Shown here piece after piece: positions 43,504 through 52,419 of a stretch of DNA of 64,000 nt (positions are counted from its first letter, which is position 1; each line of letters opens with the position of its first letter). The notes beneath the pieces are model-generated. The model saw only the letters and a program-made list of their open reading frames with translations. It was not told the DNA's origin and did no database searches. Where the stretch lies: the NCBI GenBank assembly GCA_937907535.1, contig CALCID010000008.1, forward strand, positions 15,393 to 79,392. Reading direction: 5' to 3'. The stretch is from an uncultured bacterium. GTDB taxonomy: Bacteria > Gemmatimonadota > Gemmatimonadetes > Longimicrobiales > RSA9. The position numbers and the translations under genes were made by a program.

Positions 43504-44031
43504 TCACCTTCGGACCTGGGAGGCAGGGCCGCCGCCGACCACGGAGCCGACTCCATGTGCGCCCGAGAGCGCGATCGAAGACGTCACCGGGCTCCAGTCC
43601 CCGTAGGCTCGCGCCCTTTCGCGCGCCGACTCACCCCTGCGTCATCGCCTGCCTGCCCCGGACCGCGCGAGCTGCATCGGAACGCGCCCGGGTCGGTGTC
43701 CACGGCGCCACGTATCGCTGTTCTCCGGCCGGGTCGTTGCCCACCGGAGCCGTCGTCCGGAGCCGACGGGCATGGTCAGACGATCTCGCTCGCTCCATGC
43801 ACGCCCGCAGCCGCCGGCGCAGTCCGGGACTCCGCCCGGACCGGCTGGATCATCCGCGCACCGACCCATGATCCCGGAACGCGTCCCGCACCCAGGCCCT
43901 ACTCGGCGCTGGACCCGATCCGACGCGCCGCTCGCCCGGCCGAGCCGGTGCCGCGCCCCCGTGCGTCCTGCCCCCCCAGGACACCCAGCACGCTGGACCG
44001 GCCCCTGGCCCGCACCGACCGGCCACGACCC

Positions 44032-44529
44032 TCAGGCCGCCCGGCCCGCACGCCGATGGACCTGCTTCAGGTACGCGATGGCGTCCTGCGCCTGCCGCGC
44101 CGTCATCGTCTTCTCCAGCCGCGCCAGCACCCGCTCCCGCACCTCCTCCGGCACCGACTCCGCCATGGCCAGCGCCCGGATCTCCTCGAGCTGCTCCGGC
44201 GCCGCCGCCTTCTCCGAACCCCGCTCCGCCGCCGTGCGCGTCGTCGGGAAGTTCAGGTTCGCCAGCGCGCGCCCGATCGCCGACGTCTCGCAGTTCTCGA
44301 TGAAGCTCGTCCGGTTCACGTAGCCCACGCCTTCCCGCTCGTACGCCCAGCCCGTCACCGGATGCTGGTCCTCCCGGTCCCGGTACACCGTCGCCCGGAA
44401 CACCACCATGTCCCCCTCGAGCCGCACCATCTCCGTCTGGATCGAGCCGTCCGGGTACCGCTCGTAGAACGCCCGGATCCGCTCGGCCACGTCCACGTAG
44501 TTCTTCGGGTCGAATCCGTCTGCCGCCAT
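44032..44529 (-). CDS. Hypothetical protein, possibly phage-related
   Basis: 165 aa. It contains NYVDVAERIRAFYERYPDGSIQTE...TGWAYEREGVGYVNRTSFIENCETSAIGRALANL. I recall similar N-terminal domains in phage or prophage genes, but I cannot name the family. Confidence 0.55.
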   Translation of the reverse strand: MAADGFDPKNYVDVAERIRAFYERYPDGSIQTEMVRLEGDMVVFRATVYRDREDQHPVTGWAYEREGVGYVNRTSFIENCETSAIGRALANLNFPTTRTAAERGSEKAAAPEQLEEIRALAMAESVPEEVRERVLARLEKTMTARQAQDAIAYLKQVHRRAGRAA

Positions 44530-44677
44530 GATCCCTTTGTCCTGCTTGAGGTTACAAGCCCTCTGCCATGCTCCGTCCTACCCCCGCCGCCCCGGCCCGT
44601 TCCCGAACGAAACCCGAACAAAACACGGTATGCGTCTTGCCCTGTGCACGGTTCCGTCCTTCTGCGCGGGAGGCCTC

Positions 44678-45004
44678 GTGGAGAATTTCACCGCTGTCCT
44701 GCGGACCCCCGAGCTGGGGCCGGGTGAGGTCCGTGAAGTGGAGGCGTTCGGCCGGACGCTGGCGCTCGCGAACGTCGGGCAGACCTACTACGCCGTGGAC
44801 GCCCACTGCCCGAACGACGGGACCAATCTGGCGCGCGACGGGCGGCTCGCCGGCTACACCCTGGAGTGCCCGGCGGATGGATCGGCGTACGACATCCGCA
44901 CCGGCGCACGGACCGGACCGGATAGCGGCCCGGCACTGGCCCGGTACCCGATCCGCGTCGAGGGAAACCTGATCTACGTGGGTCGGATGCGTATGGCGGC
45001 CTGA
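44678..45004 (+). CDS. Rieske-fold (NirD-like) small protein lacking the His cluster ligands
   Basis: GTG start at 44678 behind GGGAGG. It has HCPNDGTNL where Rieske proteins have CPHxGxxL, and ECPADGSAYD where they have CPxHGxxF. Both Cys are kept. The His positions are Asn and Asp. Confidence 0.7.
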   Translation: MENFTAVLRTPELGPGEVREVEAFGRTLALANVGQTYYAVDAHCPNDGTNLARDGRLAGYTLECPADGSAYDIRTGARTGPDSGPALARYPIRVEGNLIYVGRMRMAA

Positions 45005-45011
45005 CCGGTCG

Positions 45012-45287
45012 TCAGCCGTCGTTGGGGAGGCCCGGAGGCGGGAGCGGGCGGGCGCTCTTCAGGAGCTCGCGCAGTTCGTCATCGTACAGGTGCTCGAACC
45101 GCCCGCGCGGCAAGAGCGCTTCCCGGGAGGGGTATGCGTCCCCCTGCCGGGTGAACTGGACGGCGACGAGGTAGGCGTGCGCGCTCCCGGCGCCAGTGCC
45201 GGCAGCGCTCTCCCCGGCGATGTGCGCCGTCCATTCCACGTCGTCCATCATGAACGATCGTTTGTTCGGATACGACACCTCGTTCAT
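45012..45287 (-). CDS. Small hypothetical protein translationally coupled to queD
   Basis: 91 aa. Its ATG overlaps the queD-like stop (ATGA). I recognise no motif. Confidence 0.5.
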   Translation of the reverse strand: MNEVSYPNKRSFMMDDVEWTAHIAGESAAGTGAGSAHAYLVAVQFTRQGDAYPSREALLPRGRFEHLYDDELRELLKSARPLPPPGLPNDG

Positions 45288-45724
45288 ATCGCTGGGTCCG
45301 TCGATTCGCCGTAGTAGTCCACGAAGAACGTCTCATCCTCGTGCAGCCGCAGCCGCTGGAGTGTCACTCCGGGCGGCAGGCCGGCGGCCAACCTGGGCCA
45401 GAGCACCGCGAGGATGTTCTCGCACGTCGGCACGAGCCGGCCGAACGCGAACGCTTCGTCCGCGTAATTGAGGTGCCGGTGGTCGAAGCGGCGGACGACC
45501 TCCCGCTCCAGCAGCGCATCGAGGGCCGCCAGGTCGACCGAGAACCCGGTCTCGGGATCGATCTCGCCGCGAACGGTGACCTCCAGCAAGTAGTTGTGCC
45601 CGTGGCCGTGCGGATAGTTGCACTCGCCGAACACGCGGCGGTTCTCGGCGTCGCTCCATTCGGGCCTGTGATAGCGGTGTGCCGCCGAGAATCGGACCTT
45701 TCGGGTCAGGAACGCCGTTCTCAT
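45284..45724 (-). CDS. queD: 6-carboxytetrahydropterin synthase / 6-pyruvoyl-tetrahydropterin synthase family (QueD-like)
   Basis: Start at the ATG at 45724 (MRTAFLTRKVRFSAAHRY...). It has the CxxxHGH motif in ECNYPHGHGHNYLLEVTV, and LDHRHLN-like FDHRHLNY. Confidence 0.9.
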   Translation of the reverse strand: MRTAFLTRKVRFSAAHRYHRPEWSDAENRRVFGECNYPHGHGHNYLLEVTVRGEIDPETGFSVDLAALDALLEREVVRRFDHRHLNYADEAFAFGRLVPTCENILAVLWPRLAAGLPPGVTLQRLRLHEDETFFVDYYGESTDPAI

Positions 45725-45912
45725 GCCTGGCAAGCTAACGGGCCGCCCGCGCGCTCGTCCAGAGCCGAACCGGCCCCCGGGACCTGCCCCGGCCGCCCGG
45801 CGTGACTCTCCGCACCGGTGGGTGACTGGCCGGGGATTTGCGGCAGCGGCGGCAGCGCCATGCGGCCAGTGCCCGGCCGTCGCACGCTGCGTCTCTCGAG
45901 TTGGAGCAGGTC

Positions 45913-47256
45913 ATGGAAGCAGTTCGTGACGAGCTCGAGGTTCTTGCCCGCGCCACCGATGTCCTCCTGCAAAGTCTCGCGCCACGGGAGATGGCCTCCC
46001 GATTCCTCGAGTTTGCCGCCGACGTCTTCGGCGCGGACGCCGCTCTCCTCCGCCAGGGTCGCGCCTTCGCCCGCCCCGTGGATGCGGCCTACGGGCTCCC
46101 CGAAGCGGATGCAGCGAGGCTGGCGGAGGCCATGCTCGCCGCGCTCCGCGCGCGGAACCAGGGCTGCCGGGCGTGGCTGGACCCCGCGCGCATGGCGGGC
46201 GCCATCGGCTGGCGTGGCGTCCTTGCGGCCCGTCTCGGCCGGACGGATGCGGACTACGGCGTACTCGCCCTCTTCGCCTCCCGACCCGACGCGTTCGACC
46301 CCCGGAGAGACTGCCGGCTGCTCCGTCTGACCGCCCGGCACCTGACCGTGGCCCTGGACAACGCTTCGCTCCACGCCGAGACCCGGCGCCTGGCGGAGCA
46401 GCTCGCCGTCCAGACCGAGGAACTCGAACGCGTCCACACCGCGCTCGAGCGCCACAGCCGCGAGCTCGAGCACAGCCTGTCGGCGAAGAGCCGCTTCTTC
46501 GCCGCCGTGAGCCACGAGCTGCGCACCCCCATCAACGCGGTCCTGGGCTACAACCAGCTCCTCCGGGACTCCGTGTTCGGCACCCTGACCGAGCCGCAGC
46601 GGGAGGTGCTCGACAAGATCGCCGCCGCGGCCGGCCAGATGCTGACCGTCGTCAACGACATCCTCGAGGCTTCCCGACTCGACGCGGGACACTTCGACAT
46701 CCGTTTCGAAAGCTGCGAGCTCGATTCGGTGATCGCGGACGCCATCGCGGCCATCGAGCCCCGCGCCCGCGCCAAGCGGCTCGAGCTCTTCGTGGAGATG
46801 CCGCCCTCGGTCCCGCGCATCCGCTCCGATGCAGCGCGCATTCGGCAGATCCTCCTGAACCTCCTGACGAACGCCGTGAAGTTCACGCCTCGCGGGTCGG
46901 TGACGGTGCACTTGCGGCACCTGGCAGCGCCTGCGGAAGGGGAAGCGTACGGCGGGGACCTGCCGGCCTGCCCGCCGGGCACGGATGGTTGGGTCGCCAT
47001 TGCCGTCAGGGACACCGGCATCGGCATCCCGGCGGACAAGCTGGAGGCGGTGTTCGCCGAATTCGTACAGCTCGCGCGGCCCGCGGAGGGTGTCGACACC
47101 GAAGGCACCGGCCTCGGGCTGACCATCTCGAACCGCCTGGCCCGCTTGCTCGGCGGCGAGCTGCGAGCCGAGAGCGACGTCGGGGTGCAGTCGACGTTCA
47201 CGCTCTACTTGCCCTGCCCGGCGCCGCCGGCCAGACCCACCGCCATCATGCCCTGA
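45913..47256 (+). CDS. GAF-like sensor histidine kinase
   Basis: Start chosen at the ATG at 45913 (MEAVRDELE...). It has the H-box FFAAVSHELRTPINAVLGY, the N-box LLNLLTNAVKFT, G1 RDTGIGI and G2 GTGLGLTISNRLARLLGG. Confidence 0.9.
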   Translation: MEAVRDELEVLARATDVLLQSLAPREMASRFLEFAADVFGADAALLRQGRAFARPVDAAYGLPEADAARLAEAMLAALRARNQGCRAWLDPARMAGAIGWRGVLAARLGRTDADYGVLALFASRPDAFDPRRDCRLLRLTARHLTVALDNASLHAETRRLAEQLAVQTEELERVHTALERHSRELEHSLSAKSRFFAAVSHELRTPINAVLGYNQLLRDSVFGTLTEPQREVLDKIAAAAGQMLTVVNDILEASRLDAGHFDIRFESCELDSVIADAIAAIEPRARAKRLELFVEMPPSVPRIRSDAARIRQILLNLLTNAVKFTPRGSVTVHLRHLAAPAEGEAYGGDLPACPPGTDGWVAIAVRDTGIGIPADKLEAVFAEFVQLARPAEGVDTEGTGLGLTISNRLARLLGGELRAESDVGVQSTFTLYLPCPAPPARPTAIMP

Positions 47257-47320
47257 TCCGCCGCACCGCGGCCCCCCGGCGCGGCCCACCCGATTCCTGA
47301 CCCCGTAGAACCGAGACATC

Positions 47321-47632
47321 ATGGGCAAGTACGACGATATCAAACCCGACGACCTCAAAGCGGACCTCCGTCGATTCGCGGAGTTGATCCTCCGGCTGGA
47401 CGCCGAGGATCGGCTCCTCGAGGCGACGCCGCGCCTCCTCAGCGTGCTCGGCGACCTGCGGCTGAAGATCTTCGCCTACGAGGTCCGCGTGACCGGCCGG
47501 CTCGCGCCCGAACCGGAGGAGTCCGAAGAGGACGCCGAGGTACGACGCATCATCGAGGAAGCCATCCGCCGGACCCTCGAAGCGCCTTCCGAGTGGAGCC
47601 GGCCCTGGACACCCGAGGAAGAGCCGGATTGA
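47321..47632 (+). CDS. Small acidic hypothetical protein between the kinase and the receiver
   Basis: 103 aa with high third-position GC. I recognise no motif. Confidence 0.55.
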   Translation: MGKYDDIKPDDLKADLRRFAELILRLDAEDRLLEATPRLLSVLGDLRLKIFAYEVRVTGRLAPEPEESEEDAEVRRIIEEAIRRTLEAPSEWSRPWTPEEEPD

Positions 47633-47705
47633 CGCTGCTGGTGCGGGACTTGCGTCCACCCTGCGCCGACCCCGCCCGCGGAGATCCCGCCGATCTCCGC
47701 GGGCG

Positions 47706-48143
47706 ATGAAGCCCGTGGCGAGCGAAGATGCGAGCACGATGCAATCCGTGAACGGCTACGAGCCGTTGACCGCTTCCGCGACGATCCTCATAGCCGAGGA
47801 CCACCACGACAGCCGGGATGCGCTTCGCACGCTCCTCGAGGCTGTCGGTTACAAGGCACTCGTGGCCGCGAACGGCCGGGAGGCCGTGGCCCTCGCCCTG
47901 GTCGAAGCGCCCGATCTCATCCTCATGGACGTCATGATGCCCGAGATGGACGGCCTCGAGGCCACCCGCGTCCTGCGCCAGCATGCGGCCACGAAGAGTA
48001 CGCCCATCATCGCCGTGACGGCCATGGAAGGCGCCTGGTCCCGCACCCTCGAAGCCGGGGCCAGCGACTTCGTCCGCAAGCCCGTGGACGCCTCGATCCT
48101 GCTCGCCAAGGTGGAATCCTGGTTGAGCCAGACCCCGACCTGA
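47706..48143 (+). CDS. Single-domain response regulator (CheY-like receiver)
   Basis: It contains TILIAEDHHDSRDALRTLLEAVGY, DLILMDVMMPEMDGLEATRVLR, TPIIAVTA and DFVRKP. The alternative start is the ATG at 47739. Confidence 0.9.
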   Translation: MKPVASEDASTMQSVNGYEPLTASATILIAEDHHDSRDALRTLLEAVGYKALVAANGREAVALALVEAPDLILMDVMMPEMDGLEATRVLRQHAATKSTPIIAVTAMEGAWSRTLEAGASDFVRKPVDASILLAKVESWLSQTPT

Positions 48144-48334
48144 CCCCGGCTCGCCGCCACGGTTCCGGCGACGCCCGGTCCGCCACCCGCACGTGCACCG
48201 TCCGGTCTGGTCCGCGCACCCGCCACCCATCTCCCACGGAGACGGTACCGTGCGCCGCACCCGCCCCCCACCCCGGCCTCCTGGACAGAGTCTTGCAATT
48301 CGCGCCCTCGGAAGTCCGCGCCAACGAGGGTTCT

Positions 48335-48544
48335 ATGATCACCGCGTCCCTTGCCGTCGCGCTGTCCACCCTGATGTTCGCCAGCCTCGCCCGCGCCGTG
48401 ATGGGCGTACGTCATGCCACTCGCCCATGGCGCGCCATGGTCGGCGCCACCCTGGTCGGCATTCTGACCGTGCTCGTGATGATGGCGCTGATCGTGTTGG
48501 TGAGCGTGTGGGATTACCCCGCGCCCTGGCAGGTCACCCCATGA
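48335..48544 (+). CDS. Possible small two-TM membrane protein
   Basis: ATG at 48335 behind GAGGG. It has two hydrophobic segments, MITASLAVALSTLMFASLA and LVGILTVLVMMALIVLVSV. There is no other support. Confidence 0.4.
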   Translation: MITASLAVALSTLMFASLARAVMGVRHATRPWRAMVGATLVGILTVLVMMALIVLVSVWDYPAPWQVTP

Positions 48545-48587
48545 CGGGGTCGGACGCGGAGAACGGTTTCGGCCTCGACGTTCCCCG

Positions 48588-49148
48588 CTACGGCTCCGCC
48601 TCGCCCCGCAACGCGCGCAGGACGTCCTCGCCGTAGAACATCCTGATGTACTTCGCCTGGACCGGCGTCACCCGCCGCACCGCCCACACCAGCTCCACGT
48701 AGTTCGGTTCCGTCGGCGGATTGAGCGGCTGCATCCCCACCTCGTGCGGCAGGCGGTTGCCCTTGCGGTTGTTGCACGGTGAGCACGCGGTGACCACGTT
48801 CTGCCAGGTGTTGTCCCCGCCCCTCGAGAGCGGGATCACGTGATCCCGGGTCAGGAACTCACGGCCCCGCAGCTCGGTGCGGTGCCGGCCGCAGTACTGG
48901 CAGCGGTAGCGGTCACGGGCGAAGAGGAACGTGTTCGTGACCTGGCGCCGGAACTTCCGCGGTACGTGAATGAAGCGCACGAGCCGGATCACGGTCGGGC
49001 ACGGCAGCACGCGCCGCTCGGAGCGGAAGCTCCGCGACTCGTCGACTTCCAGGATCTCGGCCTTCTGATCGATCACGAGCCGGAGCGCCCTGCGGACCGG
49101 CAGGATCGTGAGAGGCTCGAACGACGCGTTCAGCGCGAGGCAACCCAT
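48588..49148 (-). CDS. HNH endonuclease family protein
   Basis: 186 aa. It contains RDRYRCQYCGR...LTRDHVIPLSRGGDNTWQNVVTACSPCNNRKGNR (HNH with Cys4). Confidence 0.9.
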   Translation of the reverse strand: MGCLALNASFEPLTILPVRRALRLVIDQKAEILEVDESRSFRSERRVLPCPTVIRLVRFIHVPRKFRRQVTNTFLFARDRYRCQYCGRHRTELRGREFLTRDHVIPLSRGGDNTWQNVVTACSPCNNRKGNRLPHEVGMQPLNPPTEPNYVELVWAVRRVTPVQAKYIRMFYGEDVLRALRGEAEP

Positions 49149-49329
49149 TGCCGTGTAACACCTCCGGACCGGCCTAGCTGTACCTTGCCATCATACGCCG
49201 GAAACCGTCCGATGTTCGCGCTCCAGCTCCTTGCCCGGACGGTGCGCAAGACGGCGGCCAGGCGCGGAAGCGCCTATGGCTCCAGAGCTTACATAGTCTA
49301 GTGCCGCGTCGGGGTTCCGTGCAACGATT

Positions 49330-51765
49330 TCACAGCAGGGACACCGGGTCCCGGTCGAAGATCAGCCGCAGGTCGGCGCGCCCGGGGCGGATCGGATACT
49401 CCTCCAGCAGCTCCCGGCCGATCTCGCCGAGCCGCGCGGCGCTCTCGGTGCGCAGCAGGAAGTGCCAGCGCCACCGTCCGCGGATCCGCTCGATCGGGCA
49501 CGGAGCCGGGCCGGTCACCTCTACCGTGGCCCCGCCGCGCTCCCGGCCGAGCCGGCGTCGCACCCAGCGCGCCGCCGAATCCGCCGCCTCCGCCACCGCT
49601 TCCTGGACCGTGCCGCTCAGGACCACGTTCGCCATGCGGCAGTGCGGCGGGTACCGCGGCGAGCGGCGCTCCTCCAGTTCCCTCGCCGCGAAACCCTCGT
49701 AGTCGTGGTGCACGGCGCACTGGATGGCGTAATGGCCCGGGAGCGCGGTCTGCACCAGGACCTCGCCGCCCAGGGGACCGCGCCCGGCTCGCCCGGCCAC
49801 CTGGGTGATGAGCTGGAACGTGCGCTCCGTTGCCCGGAAGTCCGGCAGGTTCAGCCCCACATCCGCGTTCACCACCCCCACCAGCGTCACGCGCGGGAAG
49901 TCCAGCCCCTTCGCGATCATTTGGGTGCCCAGCAGGATGTCGATCTCGCCGCGCCCCATGCGCCCGAGGATCTGATGGTGGGCCCACTTGCCGGACGTGG
50001 TGTCCACATCCATCCGCGCCACCCGGGCGGCCGGGAACGCTTCGCTGACCGCGCGCTCCACCTGCTCGGTGCCGACCCCCCGGAACGACAGCTCGCCGGA
50101 CCCGCAGCGGTCGCAGGTGATGGGCGGAGGCTCCTCGTGGAAGCAGTAGTGGCAGACGAGGCGCCGACGTCCCCGATGGTACGTCAGCGCCACGCTGCAC
50201 TGCCCGCAATGCCAGACCGCGCCGCAGTCCCGGCACTGTACGAACGTCGAGTACCCCCGCCGGTTCAGGAGCAGGATCGTCTGCTCGCCCCGCGCGAGCC
50301 GGTCTGCCATGGCGGTGAGCAGGGGTTCGGAGAGGATCGGTGCCGGGCGACGTCGCGTACCCGACGCTCCGGGGCGTGCCCCGCCTCCGTCGCTCGAGCC
50401 TGCTCCCCGCGCCGCTCCGGCCCGCGCCGAACCCTCCGCCGCCTCCACGATCCGTCCCGCCGGCACCATTCCCGGCGAGGCCCCATCATCACCGGCGGGC
50501 CGACTCCACGCGCCCGCGCCCGCCGACGGCTCCGCGGCCCCCGGAGACGCCGGCGCAGCGGCGGAACGGAGATCGATGATCCGGACCGGCGGCAGCGGCT
50601 GCCCGCCCGCCCGCTCCGGAAGGTCGAGCCGCTCGAACTTGCCCGTGAGCACGTTGTGCCAGCTCTCGAGCGACGGGGTCGCGCTCCCGAGCACGCACGT
50701 GGCACCCACCATCCTCGCCCGCACGATGGCCACTTCGCGCGCATGGTAGCGCGGCGCTTCGTCCGACTGCTTGTACGTGGTCTCGTGCTCCTCGTCCACC
50801 ACGATCGCGCCGAGATCGGCCACCGGCGCGAACACCGCCGAGCGCGCGCCGATCGCGATGCGCCGCTCCCCGCTCCGGAGCGCGCGCCACGCATCGTACC
50901 GCTCCCCGTCCGAGAGCCCCGAGTGCAGCACCGCCACGGTGTCCCCGAAGTGCGCCCGGAACCGGGCCACGGTTTGCGGCGTGAGCGCGATCTCCGGCAC
51001 CAGCACGATGGCGCCCTGCCCCCGCCGCCCGACCACCTCTTTCAGCAGCTCGATGTAGACGAGCGTCTTCCCCGAGCCGGTCACGCCCCGGAGCAGGAAC
51101 GGCCGGGGATCGGGCCGCCGCTGCGTGAGACGCCGGATCGCCTCGGCCTGCGCCGGCGTCGGCGTGAGCTCCTGGGGCGGGGGCGGCGCCATCTCCGCGA
51201 ACGGATCCCGCGCCACCTCCTCCTCCACGATCTCCGCCACCCCCCGCGCCACCAGCCCCTGGATCACCGACGGCGAGAACCCGACCCGCTCCACCAGGTG
51301 CGCGACCTCGGCGCTCCCGCCCATCGTCTCCAGCAGCTCGTAGCACTCCCGCTGACGGACCGCCCGGCCGAACGTCCGCTCCCGGACCTGGAGGCTCGGG
51401 AGCTCCCGCGTCAAACGCACGATCCGCCGCGTCCGCACCGGCGGCTCGGGCCGCCCATGGTCCGTCAGCACCGTGGGCAGCGCGGCCCGCAGCACCTGCC
51501 CGAGCGGGGTCACGTAATAGTCCGCCACCCACCGGCACAGCCGGAGCAGTTCCGCCGGCACGACCGGCGCAGGGTCCAGCACGCGGAGCACCGGCTGGAT
51601 CCGGGACGGGTCCACCTCCCCGGCGGCCGGCCCCACCACCCAGCCCACGAGCCGCCGCCGGTTGAACGTCACCAGCACGCGCGTGCCCTCCTCGGGCAGC
51701 GGCTCCGGGACCCGGTAGGTGAAGAGCCGGGGGATCGGCAGCGGCAGCGCCACGTCGACGAACAT
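49330..51765 (-). CDS. priA: Primosomal protein N' (replication restart helicase PriA)
   Basis: 811 aa. The N-terminus is FVDVALPLPIPRLFTYRVPE. It has Walker A GVTGSGKT and the DEEH box VVDEEHE. The Cys-rich region is CRDCGAVWHCGQCSVALTYHRGRRRLVCHYCFHEEPPPITCDRCGS. It carries a low-complexity insert of about 75 aa. Confidence 0.95.
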   Translation of the reverse strand: MFVDVALPLPIPRLFTYRVPEPLPEEGTRVLVTFNRRRLVGWVVGPAAGEVDPSRIQPVLRVLDPAPVVPAELLRLCRWVADYYVTPLGQVLRAALPTVLTDHGRPEPPVRTRRIVRLTRELPSLQVRERTFGRAVRQRECYELLETMGGSAEVAHLVERVGFSPSVIQGLVARGVAEIVEEEVARDPFAEMAPPPPQELTPTPAQAEAIRRLTQRRPDPRPFLLRGVTGSGKTLVYIELLKEVVGRRGQGAIVLVPEIALTPQTVARFRAHFGDTVAVLHSGLSDGERYDAWRALRSGERRIAIGARSAVFAPVADLGAIVVDEEHETTYKQSDEAPRYHAREVAIVRARMVGATCVLGSATPSLESWHNVLTGKFERLDLPERAGGQPLPPVRIIDLRSAAAPASPGAAEPSAGAGAWSRPAGDDGASPGMVPAGRIVEAAEGSARAGAARGAGSSDGGGARPGASGTRRRPAPILSEPLLTAMADRLARGEQTILLLNRRGYSTFVQCRDCGAVWHCGQCSVALTYHRGRRRLVCHYCFHEEPPPITCDRCGSGELSFRGVGTEQVERAVSEAFPAARVARMDVDTTSGKWAHHQILGRMGRGEIDILLGTQMIAKGLDFPRVTLVGVVNADVGLNLPDFRATERTFQLITQVAGRAGRGPLGGEVLVQTALPGHYAIQCAVHHDYEGFAARELEERRSPRYPPHCRMANVVLSGTVQEAVAEAADSAARWVRRRLGRERGGATVEVTGPAPCPIERIRGRWRWHFLLRTESAARLGEIGRELLEEYPIRPGRADLRLIFDRDPVSLL

Positions 51766-51780
51766 GCTGCAGCGACGTCG

Positions 51781-52419
51781 CTAGAGGACCATCTTCACGA
51801 AGTCGTAGGGCGGCCAGGGCCCCGTCACATCGAAGGTCAGCTCCGGTGTGGTCGCGCCCAGGTCATCCGCCCGCTCCACGAACCCCACCCAGTCCCCGCG
51901 CTCCACCAGGAACGCCGCGCTCAGCAGCTTCCGCCCTTCCCGGGGAAAAGGCACCGCCGCCCGCGCGAAGCGACGCAGCTCCGTGTATGCGTGCAGCGCC
52001 AGGTCCACCAGCTCCGGCGTCGGCTCGCCCGGCCCGCTCCGCGACACGTGCAGCCGCAGCTCCCAGTGCCCTTCCAGGAACGCGAGCGCTTCGTCCAGGG
52101 CAGGATACTGATCGTGCAGGAACGTCACCAGGGCCCGGCGGGTCCGGAACACCAGGCCGTACGGCGCAGGCACGATGGTGCCCCGGCGCATCGCCCGCTC
52201 CACCGTGCGCTGGTGCGCGACCAGCGCCCAGTGATCCAGCGGCGGCACGCCGAACGGCACCGGCCGGACCAGCGCCTCCAGCTCCCGATAACGTACGCAG
52301 CGGAGCGACGGATCCTCGCCCCGCACCACCGCGGGCCTCGCCGCTCCGCACCGGAGTACGCCGAATAGATAGATGCCCTCCACGGCCTCCTTCACATCCG
52401 GCCGCGGGGCACGAGTCAT
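51781..52419 (-). CDS. GvpL/GvpF family protein (lone homologue)
   Basis: 212 aa. It contains IYLFGVL, YRELEALV, HQRTVERAMRRGTIVPAPYGLVF and LEGHWELRLHV, and ends with VTGPWPPYDFV. These match my recollection of GvpF/GvpL motifs. Confidence 0.75.
   Translation of the reverse strand: MTRAPRPDVKEAVEGIYLFGVLRCGAARPAVVRGEDPSLRCVRYRELEALVRPVPFGVPPLDHWALVAHQRTVERAMRRGTIVPAPYGLVFRTRRALVTFLHDQYPALDEALAFLEGHWELRLHVSRSGPGEPTPELVDLALHAYTELRRFARAAVPFPREGRKLLSAAFLVERGDWVGFVERADDLGATTPELTFDVTGPWPPYDFVKMVL

Noticed and set aside
49462-52368. 968-aa plus-strand ORF
   Set aside because: It is antisense to priA and the GvpL/F-like gene. The translation is Arg/Pro/His-rich nonsense, so it is a shadow ORF.
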